A stretch of DNA of 64,000 nucleotides from an uncultured Gammaproteobacteria bacterium (GTDB taxonomy: Bacteria; Patescibacteriota; Patescibacteriia; JAHIZJ01). The stretch's first letter is position 1. Each line of letters begins with the position of its first letter. The stretch covers positions 133,989 through 197,988 of the forward strand of contig CAZQLY010000001.1 of the NCBI GenBank assembly GCA_964594455.1. The letters are read 5' to 3'. This document shows positions 1-8,850 of the stretch, in pieces. A program made the position numbers and the translations under genes. A model generated the notes under the pieces. The model searched no databases. It was given only the letters and a program-made list of their open reading frames with translations, and was not told where the DNA came from.

Positions 1-219
1 GCATTGGAAAACCTGAAACTAGTTTGCAGTGAACTAGGCATGATTACCACGACATATCCATTCACAGTTGCCAAGGTAGATAAAAACTTTAAAACCTCCA
101 ATGAACCAATTGAAAAAAAGTTAAATTATTTCGAAAAAAAATTAGAAAAATTTACTGCTGAATTTGAATGGTATCTGGAGGCTTTAAAAGTGCAGAGAAA
201 AAAAGGGCTGCCTTTTTAA
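1..219 (+). CDS. C-terminal part of a probable NAD(P)H-dependent FMN reductase (truncated by window edge)
   Basis: Open from window start; ALENLKLVCSELGM...F..EFEWYLEALK resembles the C-terminus of flavodoxin-like FMN reductases. Confidence 0.5.
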   Translation, partial: ALENLKLVCSELGMITTTYPFTVAKVDKNFKTSNEPIEKKLNYFEKKLEKFTAEFEWYLEALKVQRKKGLPF

Positions 220-290
220 AAATAAAAAAACTTAGCTAATTTAATATAATTGTGCTAAAATTTATTTAGTTAATAATTGAAATAGCTATT

Positions 291-1046
291 ATGAAAAAAA
301 TAGTTATTATAGCTGCGATAATCATCGTTGTTTTATTTATCGTATTAATCGTTGTTATGGCTCTAAATGATGATGAGAATAACGTCAGCAACGCCGGAGG
401 AAAGCTGGCCGCATTTTCTCAAAGCGATACTGAAGTAATGATTGACTTTTCGGCCTGTCCCGCAACCGGTGTTGCCAAGATAACTATGGGCTCAAGCGCA
501 GACGCGTTAGAATTAATAGGGAAAGATGGTGATAATTGCCTAATGCAATATGGCGCTGATCCCGATGATCCAGACTGGGGTGGTTCATATGCCAAGAACT
601 GTCAGGTGCCTATTAGGCTGGGACAGGTTACTTTTTCCAAACAAGAAAGCGGGATAGATTATAGACCAATCAGAGAATATTGCAGTGCTAATGATAATAG
701 CAACACTATTTGTTCAGATATAAACGATGAAGAAGAATGTAAATCACAGTCGGGCTGTTTGACAGTTGATTATTGTACTTGCACGACTGATTTTAATCGG
801 GCTGAAAAGTGTGGTTACTCTATACCGGGCGATGAGCAATGTTTATGTGATATGGGAGGATTTGAAAGATGTGAAGATTTACATTGCCCGGCGGCCCGAA
901 GTGCCTGTGACGAAGATTTTTGTTCAAATTACACCTACAGCGATTGCCCAACACTTTGTCAAAAAGAATGCCAGCCCAGTGATTGCCATGGAGACGTTTG
1001 CACAAATGATTGTGATGGGGCGGGGTCGTGTTACTGCTCTAATTAA
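291..1046 (+). CDS. Membrane-anchored cysteine-rich extracellular protein
   Basis: N-terminal hydrophobic anchor; 24 Cys, mostly in the C-terminal half. Confidence 0.75.
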   Translation: MKKIVIIAAIIIVVLFIVLIVVMALNDDENNVSNAGGKLAAFSQSDTEVMIDFSACPATGVAKITMGSSADALELIGKDGDNCLMQYGADPDDPDWGGSYAKNCQVPIRLGQVTFSKQESGIDYRPIREYCSANDNSNTICSDINDEEECKSQSGCLTVDYCTCTTDFNRAEKCGYSIPGDEQCLCDMGGFERCEDLHCPAARSACDEDFCSNYTYSDCPTLCQKECQPSDCHGDVCTNDCDGAGSCYCSN

Positions 1047-1078
1047 TTCATAAACATGACAATATATGCTGTTTGTCG

Positions 1079-1107
1079 TTGACAGCGGGTTTTGTTATTG
1101 ATACAAT
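1079..1107 (+). promoter_or_regulatory. sigma70-type promoter of the trx-dipZ operon
   Basis: TTGACA-N17-TACAAT with extended TG. Confidence 0.65.
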
Positions 1108-1138
1108 ATAAATACCTAGTAATTAAGTAGGAATTTAT

Positions 1139-1696
1139 ATGAAACAAGTGATAGGTTTAATAGCTGCGATAATAGTGGTATTGGGTGTCGTTTGGGGATT
1201 AACCGTAGTTTCTAACAACAAAAATGACAGTGCAGAAAATGATGCTATGACAAATGTGGATAAATCAACTAACTCAATGAATGACTCCAATGATAAAGCC
1301 ATGAATGACAATATAGGTGATGAGGCAATGGATGATAATATAAATGATTCTGATGATTCGATGGACGACTCAAATACTAATTCTGTTAGTAATGCTCAAT
1401 ACATTGATTATTCAGAATCAAACTTAGAGAGTACCAAGTATAAAACCCAGGTTTTGTTCTTTCATGCCAAATGGTGTCCAACCTGTAAGGCGGCTGACCA
1501 GGAGTTTACAGCCAATCTGGATCAATTGCCAGACAATGTTGTACTAATAAAAACAGATTATGATACTCAAACCGCTCTTAAGCAAAAACATGGCATTACC
1601 TATCAACACACTTTTGTCCAAATAGACGAGAACGGCAATCAGATCACTAAATGGAATGGTGGTGATGTGGAAGAATTAATATCCAACATTCAATAA
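1139..1696 (+). CDS. Membrane-anchored thioredoxin-like protein
   Basis: WCPTC motif, ITYQHTFV motif, N-terminal TM and Asn/Asp/Met-rich linker. Confidence 0.85.
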   Translation: MKQVIGLIAAIIVVLGVVWGLTVVSNNKNDSAENDAMTNVDKSTNSMNDSNDKAMNDNIGDEAMDDNINDSDDSMDDSNTNSVSNAQYIDYSESNLESTKYKTQVLFFHAKWCPTCKAADQEFTANLDQLPDNVVLIKTDYDTQTALKQKHGITYQHTFVQIDENGNQITKWNGGDVEELISNIQ

Positions 1697-1702
1697 AATA
1701 AT

Positions 1703-3430
1703 ATGTTTGTTTTAGCCGGATTTGCTTTTGTAGCAGGTGTTGTCACAATTCTATCACCCTGTATTCTGCCGTTGTTGCCGATTATCTTATCTAGCTCAAC
1801 CTCGGGAAGTAAGAAGAGGCCCTTCGGTGTGGTAACGGGTTTTGTTGTCAGCTTCACTTTTTTTACACTTTTTCTTTCCACCATAGTTAGTGCTACCGGG
1901 TTATCCGCGGGATTCTTACGCAACCTAGCTGTAGTTATTTTGATTGGTTTTGGCTTGAGCTTATTGATACCAAAAACTCAAGAATTACTCGAGAAGCTAT
2001 TTACCAATCTTTCTAACAAAACACCTCAGCAAAGAGAACGTAGTGGTTTTGGTGGCGGAGTAATAGTTGGTATTAGTTTGGGTTTAATCTGGACACCCTG
2101 CGTGGGCCCGATTCTGGCTTCGGTCATTTCGCTAGCTTTAACCGGCACAGTTTCCGGTACTGCATTAATAATTGCGCTGGCTTATTCAATCGGTACTGGG
2201 TTACCAATGCTGGCAATAATATTTGGTGGCCGACAACTGTTACAAAAAGTACCCTGGTTATTGCGCAATACCAGTAAAATACAAAAAGCTTTTGGCTTAC
2301 TAATGATTGTGACGGCAGTGGGTATACTTTTTAACGTCGATCGGACATTTCAATCTTACATTTTAGAAAAGTTTCCCAATTACGGATTGGGTTTGACGCA
2401 GATTGAGGACAACGAAACCGTTCAAAAAGAATTAGATAATTTAGATAATCAAAATATTAAAGAAGAAGATATGGGAAAACCAATGGACGAATTTATGGAC
2501 GATGAATCAGTACGCGCGCCTGAATTAATTAGCGGCGGCAGTTGGTTCAATTCAGAACCATTAAAGATTAGTGAGTTAAAAGGGAGGGTTGTATTGGTAG
2601 ACTTCTGGACTTATACCTGTATAAATTGCATTAGGACTTTGCCCTATATAGAAAATTGGTACGAAAAATACCAAGACAAAGGCTTGGTCATTGTTGGCGT
2701 ACACACTCCAGAGTTTGAATTTGAGAAAAACCCTGATAATGTAATGAAGGCCATTAAGGATTTTGGATTGACTTATCCAATAATGCAGGACAATGATTAT
2801 AAAACCTGGCGGGCCTATTCCAACCATTATTGGCCAGCCAAATATTTAATAGATAAGGATGGAAAAATACGCTACACTCACTTTGGAGAGGGGAAGTATG
2901 ACGAGTCAGAAAAATGGATCCAAATATTATTGGAAGAAACAGGATCTGACGTTCAATCAGACGCAATCAGCAACCAAGAATACGATATAAACAGCCGAAC
3001 TCCCGAACTATATTTGGGCTATTCCCGGATAGCCGCTTTAGCTTCTCCAGAAAGAATATCAGCCAACAAAGTTAGTCAATACAGTTTACCGAGCAAGTTA
3101 CCAGATAATACATTTGCTTATGTGGGGGATTGGAAACTCAACTCCGAATACGCAATACCAGAAGCTGGGTCTAGCTTGGTTTTGAATTACGAATCTCAGA
3201 ACGTGTTTTTGGTGATGAGATCCCAAGACGGTCCAGCTAAAATTCTGATAAGGCTGGATGGAAATGCTCTTGATTCCAATATGGCTGGAGTCGATTTGGT
3301 TGACTCGGGCGTGACAGTGGACATAGACAGGCTTTATACTTTAGTTCAAGCTGATTCACCTGGACAGCATCAACTGACTTTAGAATTCCCTGAAGGTGGA
3401 GTAGAGCTTTACGCATTTACGTTTGGTTAA
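1703..3430 (+). CDS. dipZ: DipZ-type CcdA/DsbD membrane domain fused to thioredoxin
   Basis: SPCILP and WTPCVGP motifs; DFWTYTCINC thioredoxin; C-terminal DipZ domain ending YAFTFG. Confidence 0.9.
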   Translation: MFVLAGFAFVAGVVTILSPCILPLLPIILSSSTSGSKKRPFGVVTGFVVSFTFFTLFLSTIVSATGLSAGFLRNLAVVILIGFGLSLLIPKTQELLEKLFTNLSNKTPQQRERSGFGGGVIVGISLGLIWTPCVGPILASVISLALTGTVSGTALIIALAYSIGTGLPMLAIIFGGRQLLQKVPWLLRNTSKIQKAFGLLMIVTAVGILFNVDRTFQSYILEKFPNYGLGLTQIEDNETVQKELDNLDNQNIKEEDMGKPMDEFMDDESVRAPELISGGSWFNSEPLKISELKGRVVLVDFWTYTCINCIRTLPYIENWYEKYQDKGLVIVGVHTPEFEFEKNPDNVMKAIKDFGLTYPIMQDNDYKTWRAYSNHYWPAKYLIDKDGKIRYTHFGEGKYDESEKWIQILLEETGSDVQSDAISNQEYDINSRTPELYLGYSRIAALASPERISANKVSQYSLPSKLPDNTFAYVGDWKLNSEYAIPEAGSSLVLNYESQNVFLVMRSQDGPAKILIRLDGNALDSNMAGVDLVDSGVTVDIDRLYTLVQADSPGQHQLTLEFPEGGVELYAFTFG

Positions 3431-3441
3431 ATATTAAAGGA

Positions 3442-3515
3442 TTGACATAGATCAGTCCTTTTGATAAGGTGGGTTCGCTCTTTAGCCAGCACTAGGCCAA
3501 TCTCGCCAAGGAGGC
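3442..3515 (+). promoter_or_regulatory. Cassette leader: promoter, boxA-like motif and SD
   Basis: TTGACA(3442)-N17-TAAGGT; CGCTCTTTA 3476-3484; AAGGAGG before ATG 3520. Confidence 0.7.
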
Positions 3516-3519
3516 TGCT

Positions 3520-3852
3520 ATGAAAATCAAGAAGGTGTCGCTGGTAGACAGACCCAGTGATACGGAACTGGAAGCGTCTTTAGTTCAGGGAAAGGACGCC
3601 ACAATTGTGATCAGGGACCTTGAAGGTATTGTATTAGGTATCAGGGGTAGCCGGGTGGTTGTCAAGGTGGACGTTACTTCGGTGGGGCGAGTTTCTGGTC
3701 AGTCCAGACAGAGAGGCTTCATGGGCCACGTGAGGAGGGGGCCAGGAAACCATGTTTTCGTCGAGGGAGTGATCAATGATGATGAGGATGAGGGATGGGT
3801 GGCCGTAGTGCATGATCGAGAACCTTCGATCCAGCTGATGCCACAGGGATAA
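3520..3852 (+). CDS. Hypothetical protein (cassette gene)
   Basis: 110-aa ORF with its own promoter, SD and terminator; a decayed paralog lies at 5757-5870. Confidence 0.75.
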   Translation: MKIKKVSLVDRPSDTELEASLVQGKDATIVIRDLEGIVLGIRGSRVVVKVDVTSVGRVSGQSRQRGFMGHVRRGPGNHVFVEGVINDDEDEGWVAVVHDREPSIQLMPQG

Positions 3853-3868
3853 ACCCCTGTGGTTTTTT
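3841..3868 (+). terminator. Intrinsic terminator overlapping the stop codon, abutting the next TTGACA
   Basis: CCACAGGG-loop-CCCTGTGG-T6. Confidence 0.8.
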
Positions 3869-3869
3869 A

Positions 3870-3995
3870 TTGACAAGTGAAGCAATATTGCATAAGGTTG
3901 TTTTGTTCTTTGAAAGATTAAGGCATTGAAGCTTGTCACTATTTTAGTGATAAAACGGATTACACGACCAAGCCCAAACGGTGAAAGGAGGGGTT
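3870..3995 (+). promoter_or_regulatory. Cassette leader: promoter, boxA-like motif and SD
   Basis: TTGACA(3870)-N17-TAAGGT; TGTTCTTTGAAA 3904-3915; AAAGGAGGGG. Confidence 0.7.
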
Positions 3996-3999
3996 TACT

Positions 4000-5589
4000 A
4001 TGATTCGCTGGTTGCTTATCCTATTCCTGCTAGTTCTGCCAACTCTGAGTAGTGCAGATGAGCCAATGGACACTGAAATCTTAAGATTTCTTGTCATTCC
4101 CAACCCTGATTGTGGTCTAAACTGGACCTATCAGGACAACTACTTCGATCCGCTCAAAGCTAATCCAGAATTAGCCCTGGAAGACGTCACGGCTGCTTTG
4201 CGAAAAGATCGGGGATCTGATCCTCTCTATACGGCTCAGCTCAAACTTGATGCCGCTATTGTCTATGGTGAACTGGATTCTCCGGTGATGGCTCAGCGAT
4301 ATAACCAGGAAGCTCTGGATATGTTGGAGCGGTTGTATCGACGCAACCCGAGTGCTGAGTGCGCTTTTTTCATCGGTCAGGCCAAAGAACGTCTAGACCA
4401 GGACAAAGAAGCCAACGCCTGGTACGAGAAAGCTTACGAACATGATCCGAATTACTATCCTGCTGTGTTTGAGATGGTCAGTGAGGTTAGTTTCAAGGAT
4501 CAAGAGAAGGCTACTCTTTGGGCGAGACGGGCTAAGAGGCTGTCTGATAAACTGCTCGGCTCTGGGGCTGATGCCTCAATAAGAGCTGAAGTAGCTTATG
4601 AATTTGCCGGCGTCAGGTCCAGTATAATGGCTAGGAGTCAGGTCGTTGGCTGGTTTGACATGATTTGGGAATTGGCTGGAAGTGAAAGTGATGAATCTGA
4701 GTCGACCAAACAAGCCCTGACCAGCATGAAAAGCATGTTTGGATCACTGTGTTCTGAAGAGAATGTCAGCCTCCTCAAAACTGCAGCTGATCTTGATCCT
4801 ACCAACACCCAGCATCAAGTTGCCTATGTCGGAGCCAGACTGGGACAGATATTCTTTGGTGTATTCGACATCATTGCCGAGAAGGATGAGGATATTCCTG
4901 ATGATGAGGCGCGGCAGTATTTCAAACAGTGGTTTATTGATAACAGAACGGCCATCCAGTCTCTAAGAGATAAGCTGGAAGCCTTACCACCGGTTGAACG
5001 CCTTCGTTGCCCGGTTGTGCATTACTATCTAGCCTATGCAGACGTTCTTCTTGGCGAGTATACGATTGCATATACTGAGATCTGTGAGTTTATCCGGCTA
5101 AAACCGGACAATGACTCTGCTCAGTCATTGCTTTGCACCGTTATTGATCAGATGCCAGGAAGCAACCCGAACCTGGGCGACATCCTCATGACATACACCG
5201 AGAGGAAGTGTGAGCTGTATCCGACCATGGCAGATTGCTACCGCTATGGTTACCTCAAGTGGCTAACTGGTGATCTGGCTGGCAGTTATCAAGCATTTGC
5301 CCACTCGGCCTTGTTTGCAATTGAGGATTTTCGACCCAGACTGGCTTGTGCTGTAGTCATGCTTCAAAATGGCCAGACAGAAGACGCTCTATCGTTTGTC
5401 CAAACACTTGAGTTACATGAATCCGATCTAGTCGGTCAGGAAGAGGCATGCTATTACATACTCAAGTCAGTCATTGCAGCCCGAAGAGGTGATCTGGATA
5501 TCGCCAAATACTGGGCAGAAAAAGCAGCCAACCAAGACGATCTAACGCCTGAATCCCAAGCTTTGCTGAGCTATCTGAATGTTCGTTGA
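4000..5589 (+). CDS. Secreted TPR-like helical repeat protein (cassette gene)
   Basis: Signal peptide; TPR-like segments (AWYEKAYEHDPNY, EFIRLKPDN). Confidence 0.75.
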   Translation: MIRWLLILFLLVLPTLSSADEPMDTEILRFLVIPNPDCGLNWTYQDNYFDPLKANPELALEDVTAALRKDRGSDPLYTAQLKLDAAIVYGELDSPVMAQRYNQEALDMLERLYRRNPSAECAFFIGQAKERLDQDKEANAWYEKAYEHDPNYYPAVFEMVSEVSFKDQEKATLWARRAKRLSDKLLGSGADASIRAEVAYEFAGVRSSIMARSQVVGWFDMIWELAGSESDESESTKQALTSMKSMFGSLCSEENVSLLKTAADLDPTNTQHQVAYVGARLGQIFFGVFDIIAEKDEDIPDDEARQYFKQWFIDNRTAIQSLRDKLEALPPVERLRCPVVHYYLAYADVLLGEYTIAYTEICEFIRLKPDNDSAQSLLCTVIDQMPGSNPNLGDILMTYTERKCELYPTMADCYRYGYLKWLTGDLAGSYQAFAHSALFAIEDFRPRLACAVVMLQNGQTEDALSFVQTLELHESDLVGQEEACYYILKSVIAARRGDLDIAKYWAEKAANQDDLTPESQALLSYLNVR

Positions 5590-5606
5590 AGCTCCTTATA
5601 CTATTC

Positions 5607-5634
5607 CCCATGTTTCAGTTCATGGGTTTTTTTT
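5607..5634 (+). terminator. Intrinsic terminator abutting TTGACA at 5636
   Basis: CCCATG-loop-CATGGG-T8. Confidence 0.75.
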
Positions 5635-5756
5635 ATTGACATTTAATGAATATTATCGTAAGTTTTTGTTTATGTTTGAACCATCTTTATCTGTTCTTTG
5701 TCTTTGCAAATAGATAATTACCAATAGGTCATGGATTGAAAACATTGGGAGGAAAA

Positions 5757-5870
5757 ATGCGAGAAGCTGAGAAGGTCCAGTGGATTACTGGAACGGAATT
5801 AAATTGTCTAGACTGGGATGCCGTGGTAGGTGATTGAGAACCTTCGATCAAATTGGTCCCACAGGGTTAA
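5757..5870 (+). pseudogene. Internally deleted, nonsense-mutated copy of ORF 3520-3852, retaining promoter, SD and terminator
   Basis: Reads MREAEKVQWITGTELNCLDWDAVVGD*EPSIKLVPQG* versus ...GWVAVVHDREPSIQLMPQG* of 3520-3852; same CCACAG..CTGTGG terminator. Confidence 0.8.
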
Positions 5871-6023
5871 AGGCCTCTGTGGTTTTTTATAATTGCATTG
5901 ACATTATTAGGAAAGCATGCTACAGTACTTTGTCGACTTTAATTAGTCGACTACTTGCTCATTGAGTGCGGAAGTTTCGCACTAAAGACCCGGTTTTCAA
6001 ATATCGAAAGGAGGGATGCATAA

Positions 6024-6398
6024 GTGTCCCTTACGAGAAGTGGTAACCTCAGCAGTGGTAAGGCCTGGGAAATGGTTCCCAGTCAAAAGAGTTCAGTGAC
6101 AGAGGGCTCGCATTCCATCGTTCATGTGGTGGATGACCCTGATCTGAGTTCGGAAGAACTTCACGAGCTACTGGGTGTGGCCCAAACTTTGGCCTGTGAG
6201 CTCTCCGAGAGTCATGGAGAACCAGGCCGTTTCCGGATCGCCTACAATGGTCCAGCTCAGCGGGTCAGACCGACTCATCACATCCATATCATCCTACCCA
6301 AGGGAGAAGACGCACTGCCGCGTTTGGTGGCCAACATGAAGGACGTAGCCAGCACCATTCAACAGACTCTGGCCGGCGCCTTTCCCAAGAAGGGCTAG
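6024..6398 (+). CDS. HIT-like protein with degenerate histidine triad (cassette gene)
   Basis: GRFRIAYNG...PTHHIHII resembles the HIT signature; promoter TTGACA 5898, AAAGGAGGG, terminator 6410-6442. Confidence 0.55.
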   Translation: MSLTRSGNLSSGKAWEMVPSQKSSVTEGSHSIVHVVDDPDLSSEELHELLGVAQTLACELSESHGEPGRFRIAYNGPAQRVRPTHHIHIILPKGEDALPRLVANMKDVASTIQQTLAGAFPKKG

Positions 6399-6409
6399 TG
6401 AGCTGATAC

Positions 6410-6480
6410 AAGCCCCGACAGCTAACGCTGCTTGGGGCTTTTCTTTATATGAAAAAAGCAGTTAGGTTGTCCCTAACTGC
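6410..6480. terminator. Two adjacent convergent intrinsic terminators
   Basis: AAGCCCC..GGGGCTTTT on +; A6-GCAGTTAGG..CCTAACTGC for the - strand hutU. Confidence 0.75.
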
Positions 6481-6491
6481 TGTGTAATGTG

Positions 6492-8537
6492 CTAGTTGAA
6501 CGCCTGCTCGACTGCGCGGCCAACAAATACAGGGTCAGAGTGATGCGGCAGTGTTATCTGCAGACGGGAATCGGCCGCCATGGATTCTTTGATGGAGAAC
6601 TCAGCCCCAGGATTGCTTCCGGTCCAAGCTCTGCGAGCCAGGCCGTTGTTGACGTCGATTGCCATGAGCATCCTAATGCGTCGGTCAGTATCATCAGTTC
6701 CATCGAGGATCAGACCAAAGCCGCCGTTGATGCCCTTACCCCAGCCAACACCTCCGCCGTTGTGGAGACAAGCCCAAGTGGCACCCGAGCGAATACTGGC
6801 CGCGAAATTATGTACTGCCATATCGGCACAACGATTGCTGCCGTCAGCAATATTGGCTGTTTCGCGGAGAGGAGAATCGGTTCCGCCTACGTCGTGGTGA
6901 TCTCTCCCCAGAGCAATGGGTCCGATTTCAGCGCGACGCACCAGGTCGTTAAAGGCCAAAGCCAGCAGTGTCCTACCCTCGCGATTGCTGTAGAGGATAC
7001 GCGCCTGGGATCCAACTACCAGCTTATGAAAATCAGCCTCTACAATCCAGCGCTGGTTGTCCTCAATCTGTTGTCTGATTTCAACGGGGGCTCGACTGAG
7101 CATATCATTGAAGATTATAATTGCTTCTGCGTCCGTACGTTTCAGATCCTTGAGTTGGCCGCTGAGACAAACCCAGCGGAACGGGCCAAAGCCATAATCG
7201 AAACAAATCGGACCCATCAGATCCCTCACATAGGAAGGGTATCGGAATCCATCAATGTCTCCTTCGATGTCAGCTCCTGAGGTTCTTGATTGATCCAAGA
7301 AAGAATTCCCGTAGTCGAAGAAGCGAGCACCACGTTCGACCAGAGAATTAATCAGGCTGACCTGTACCCGAATCGATTCATCGACCAGTTCCTTGAAACG
7401 TTCTGGATCATCTGCAATCATCTTGTCAGCGCGCTCCAGAGTCAAAGTGTGGGGGTGATACCCGCCGGAGTAAGGCAGGTGGCAAGAGGTTTGGTCTGAG
7501 ATGAGATCGATCTTAACATCCGAGCTTACCAAAGCATCCAACAGAGTTACGATGTTGCCCAGGTAGCCGAGCGACAAAGGCATTTTGGCCGTCATTGCTT
7601 CTTTGATCAGTCTTATGGCCTCACCCGCGTCATTCGTGGACTTGTCGATCCAACCATGTTCCAGCCTACGGTTCAGGGCTCTGGGATTCACCTCGGCGAT
7701 GATTGAAACGATACCGAGTATTTGAGCGGCTTTTCCTTGAGCGCCGCTCATACCACCCAGACCGGAGCTGACAAACAGCCTTCCTTTCAGGTCCTCAAGG
7801 TTATTGAGCCCGAAGTACTTGCGGAAGGCATTGAGGATGGTGATGGTTGTACCATGGACAATGCCCTGTGGTCCAATATAGAACCAGCCATTGGCTGTCA
7901 TTTGGCCATAGGATGTGAGTCCCAGGGCGGAAAGGTCATCATAGTCTTGATCGGTCGAATGCCTCGGAACCACCATTCCAGCTGTAGTAATCGTCCTGGG
8001 TTGGTCAGGTGAAGAAGGAAACAGTCCCAGAGGATGACCTGAGTAGACCTGGAGTGTGTGATACTGGGTCAGTTGTGAGAGATACATCATTGTCAAACGG
8101 TACTGTGCCCAGTTCTGGAAAACAGTACCGTTGTTGCCGTAGGTAACCAATTCATGCGGGAACTGAGCCACCTCCAATTCGTCCAAGTTGTTCTGGATGT
8201 TGAGCATCATGGCACGACCCTCAAGGCACTGGCCAGGATACCAATCAATCGGACGGGCGTACATGCGGTAAGAGGGACGGAATCTGTACATGTAGATCCG
8301 GCCGCGTTCTTTCAGCTCACGAGCGAATTCTGGCGCCAAGACGCTATGCCACTTTTCAGGGAAATAGCGCAAAGCGTTTTGAACAGCGAGAATGCGTTGA
8401 TCACTGGTGAGTTGATTCGGACGAGGAGGTGCATGATTAACCCCTTCATCCCATAACGGTTCCGGCGGTAGGTCGTCAGGAATACCCTCGGCGACCAAAC
8501 ACTGGAACTCTTCACGAGTAACTTCTACACCTGGCAT
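6492..8537 (-). CDS. hutU: Urocanate hydratase, long form (cassette gene); start reassigned to ATG 8537
   Basis: GRIYMYRFRP, ELVTYG, YGQMTA, YIGPQGIVHGT, GLGGMSGAQ, DQTSCH, GFGPFRW, GSQARI, RDHHDV, HNGGGVG motifs; GGAGGTG SD. Confidence 0.95.
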   Translation of the reverse strand: MPGVEVTREEFQCLVAEGIPDDLPPEPLWDEGVNHAPPRPNQLTSDQRILAVQNALRYFPEKWHSVLAPEFARELKERGRIYMYRFRPSYRMYARPIDWYPGQCLEGRAMMLNIQNNLDELEVAQFPHELVTYGNNGTVFQNWAQYRLTMMYLSQLTQYHTLQVYSGHPLGLFPSSPDQPRTITTAGMVVPRHSTDQDYDDLSALGLTSYGQMTANGWFYIGPQGIVHGTTITILNAFRKYFGLNNLEDLKGRLFVSSGLGGMSGAQGKAAQILGIVSIIAEVNPRALNRRLEHGWIDKSTNDAGEAIRLIKEAMTAKMPLSLGYLGNIVTLLDALVSSDVKIDLISDQTSCHLPYSGGYHPHTLTLERADKMIADDPERFKELVDESIRVQVSLINSLVERGARFFDYGNSFLDQSRTSGADIEGDIDGFRYPSYVRDLMGPICFDYGFGPFRWVCLSGQLKDLKRTDAEAIIIFNDMLSRAPVEIRQQIEDNQRWIVEADFHKLVVGSQARILYSNREGRTLLALAFNDLVRRAEIGPIALGRDHHDVGGTDSPLRETANIADGSNRCADMAVHNFAASIRSGATWACLHNGGGVGWGKGINGGFGLILDGTDDTDRRIRMLMAIDVNNGLARRAWTGSNPGAEFSIKESMAADSRLQITLPHHSDPVFVGRAVEQAFN

Positions 8538-8540
8538 AAC

Positions 8541-8630
8541 ACCTCCTATTGATGGTTTATTGACAAATCTGCGTTTACAAAGAACAAAAAAGCACTGTAA
8601 TAATTTATACATAAATCAGTAATATGTCAA
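8541..8630 (-). promoter_or_regulatory. Cassette leader of hutU
   Basis: TTGACA(8630-8625)-N17-TAAATT; TGTTCTTTGTAA 8586-8575; GGAGGTG. Confidence 0.7.
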
Positions 8631-8718
8631 ACAGTATTTTATTAAAAAATGGGCGGCTGAATTGAATCAGCTCGCCCAAAGGACCATGATTTCACGTCCG
8701 TGAAGCCTCGGATATTGG

Positions 8719-8850
8719 CTATTGGACGGAACCCTCTTCATCACCACCTTCGATGGCGATCTGCTTCGTGGTCCGACTTCTTCTTGCGAGCGACCTCTTC
8801 TCACACTCGACTGGCGACCCGCGTGGGGTCGCCGAGAATTGGATGAGCAT
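8719..8850 (-). CDS. Small 43-aa ORF MLIQFSATPRGSPVECEKRSLARRSRTTKQIAIEGGDEEGSVQ (not in ORF track)
   Basis: TAAGGAGG SD six nt before ATG; downstream terminator 8644-8677; promoter TTGACA 9119-9114. Confidence 0.5.
   Translation of the reverse strand: MLIQFSATPRGSPVECEKRSLARRSRTTKQIAIEGGDEEGSVQ

Noticed and set aside
5835-5837. In-frame TGA might suggest UGA recoding (code 25 as in Gracilibacteria)
   Set aside because: All essential genes are intact in code 11 and several ORFs end in TGA; the paralog has CGA here, so it is a nonsense mutation
6489-8456. Long + strand ORFs antisense to hutU, and similar ORFs antisense to OPT, pheT, gyrB, nusG and rplK
   Set aside because: Shadow ORFs of well-supported genes with no motifs or start signals
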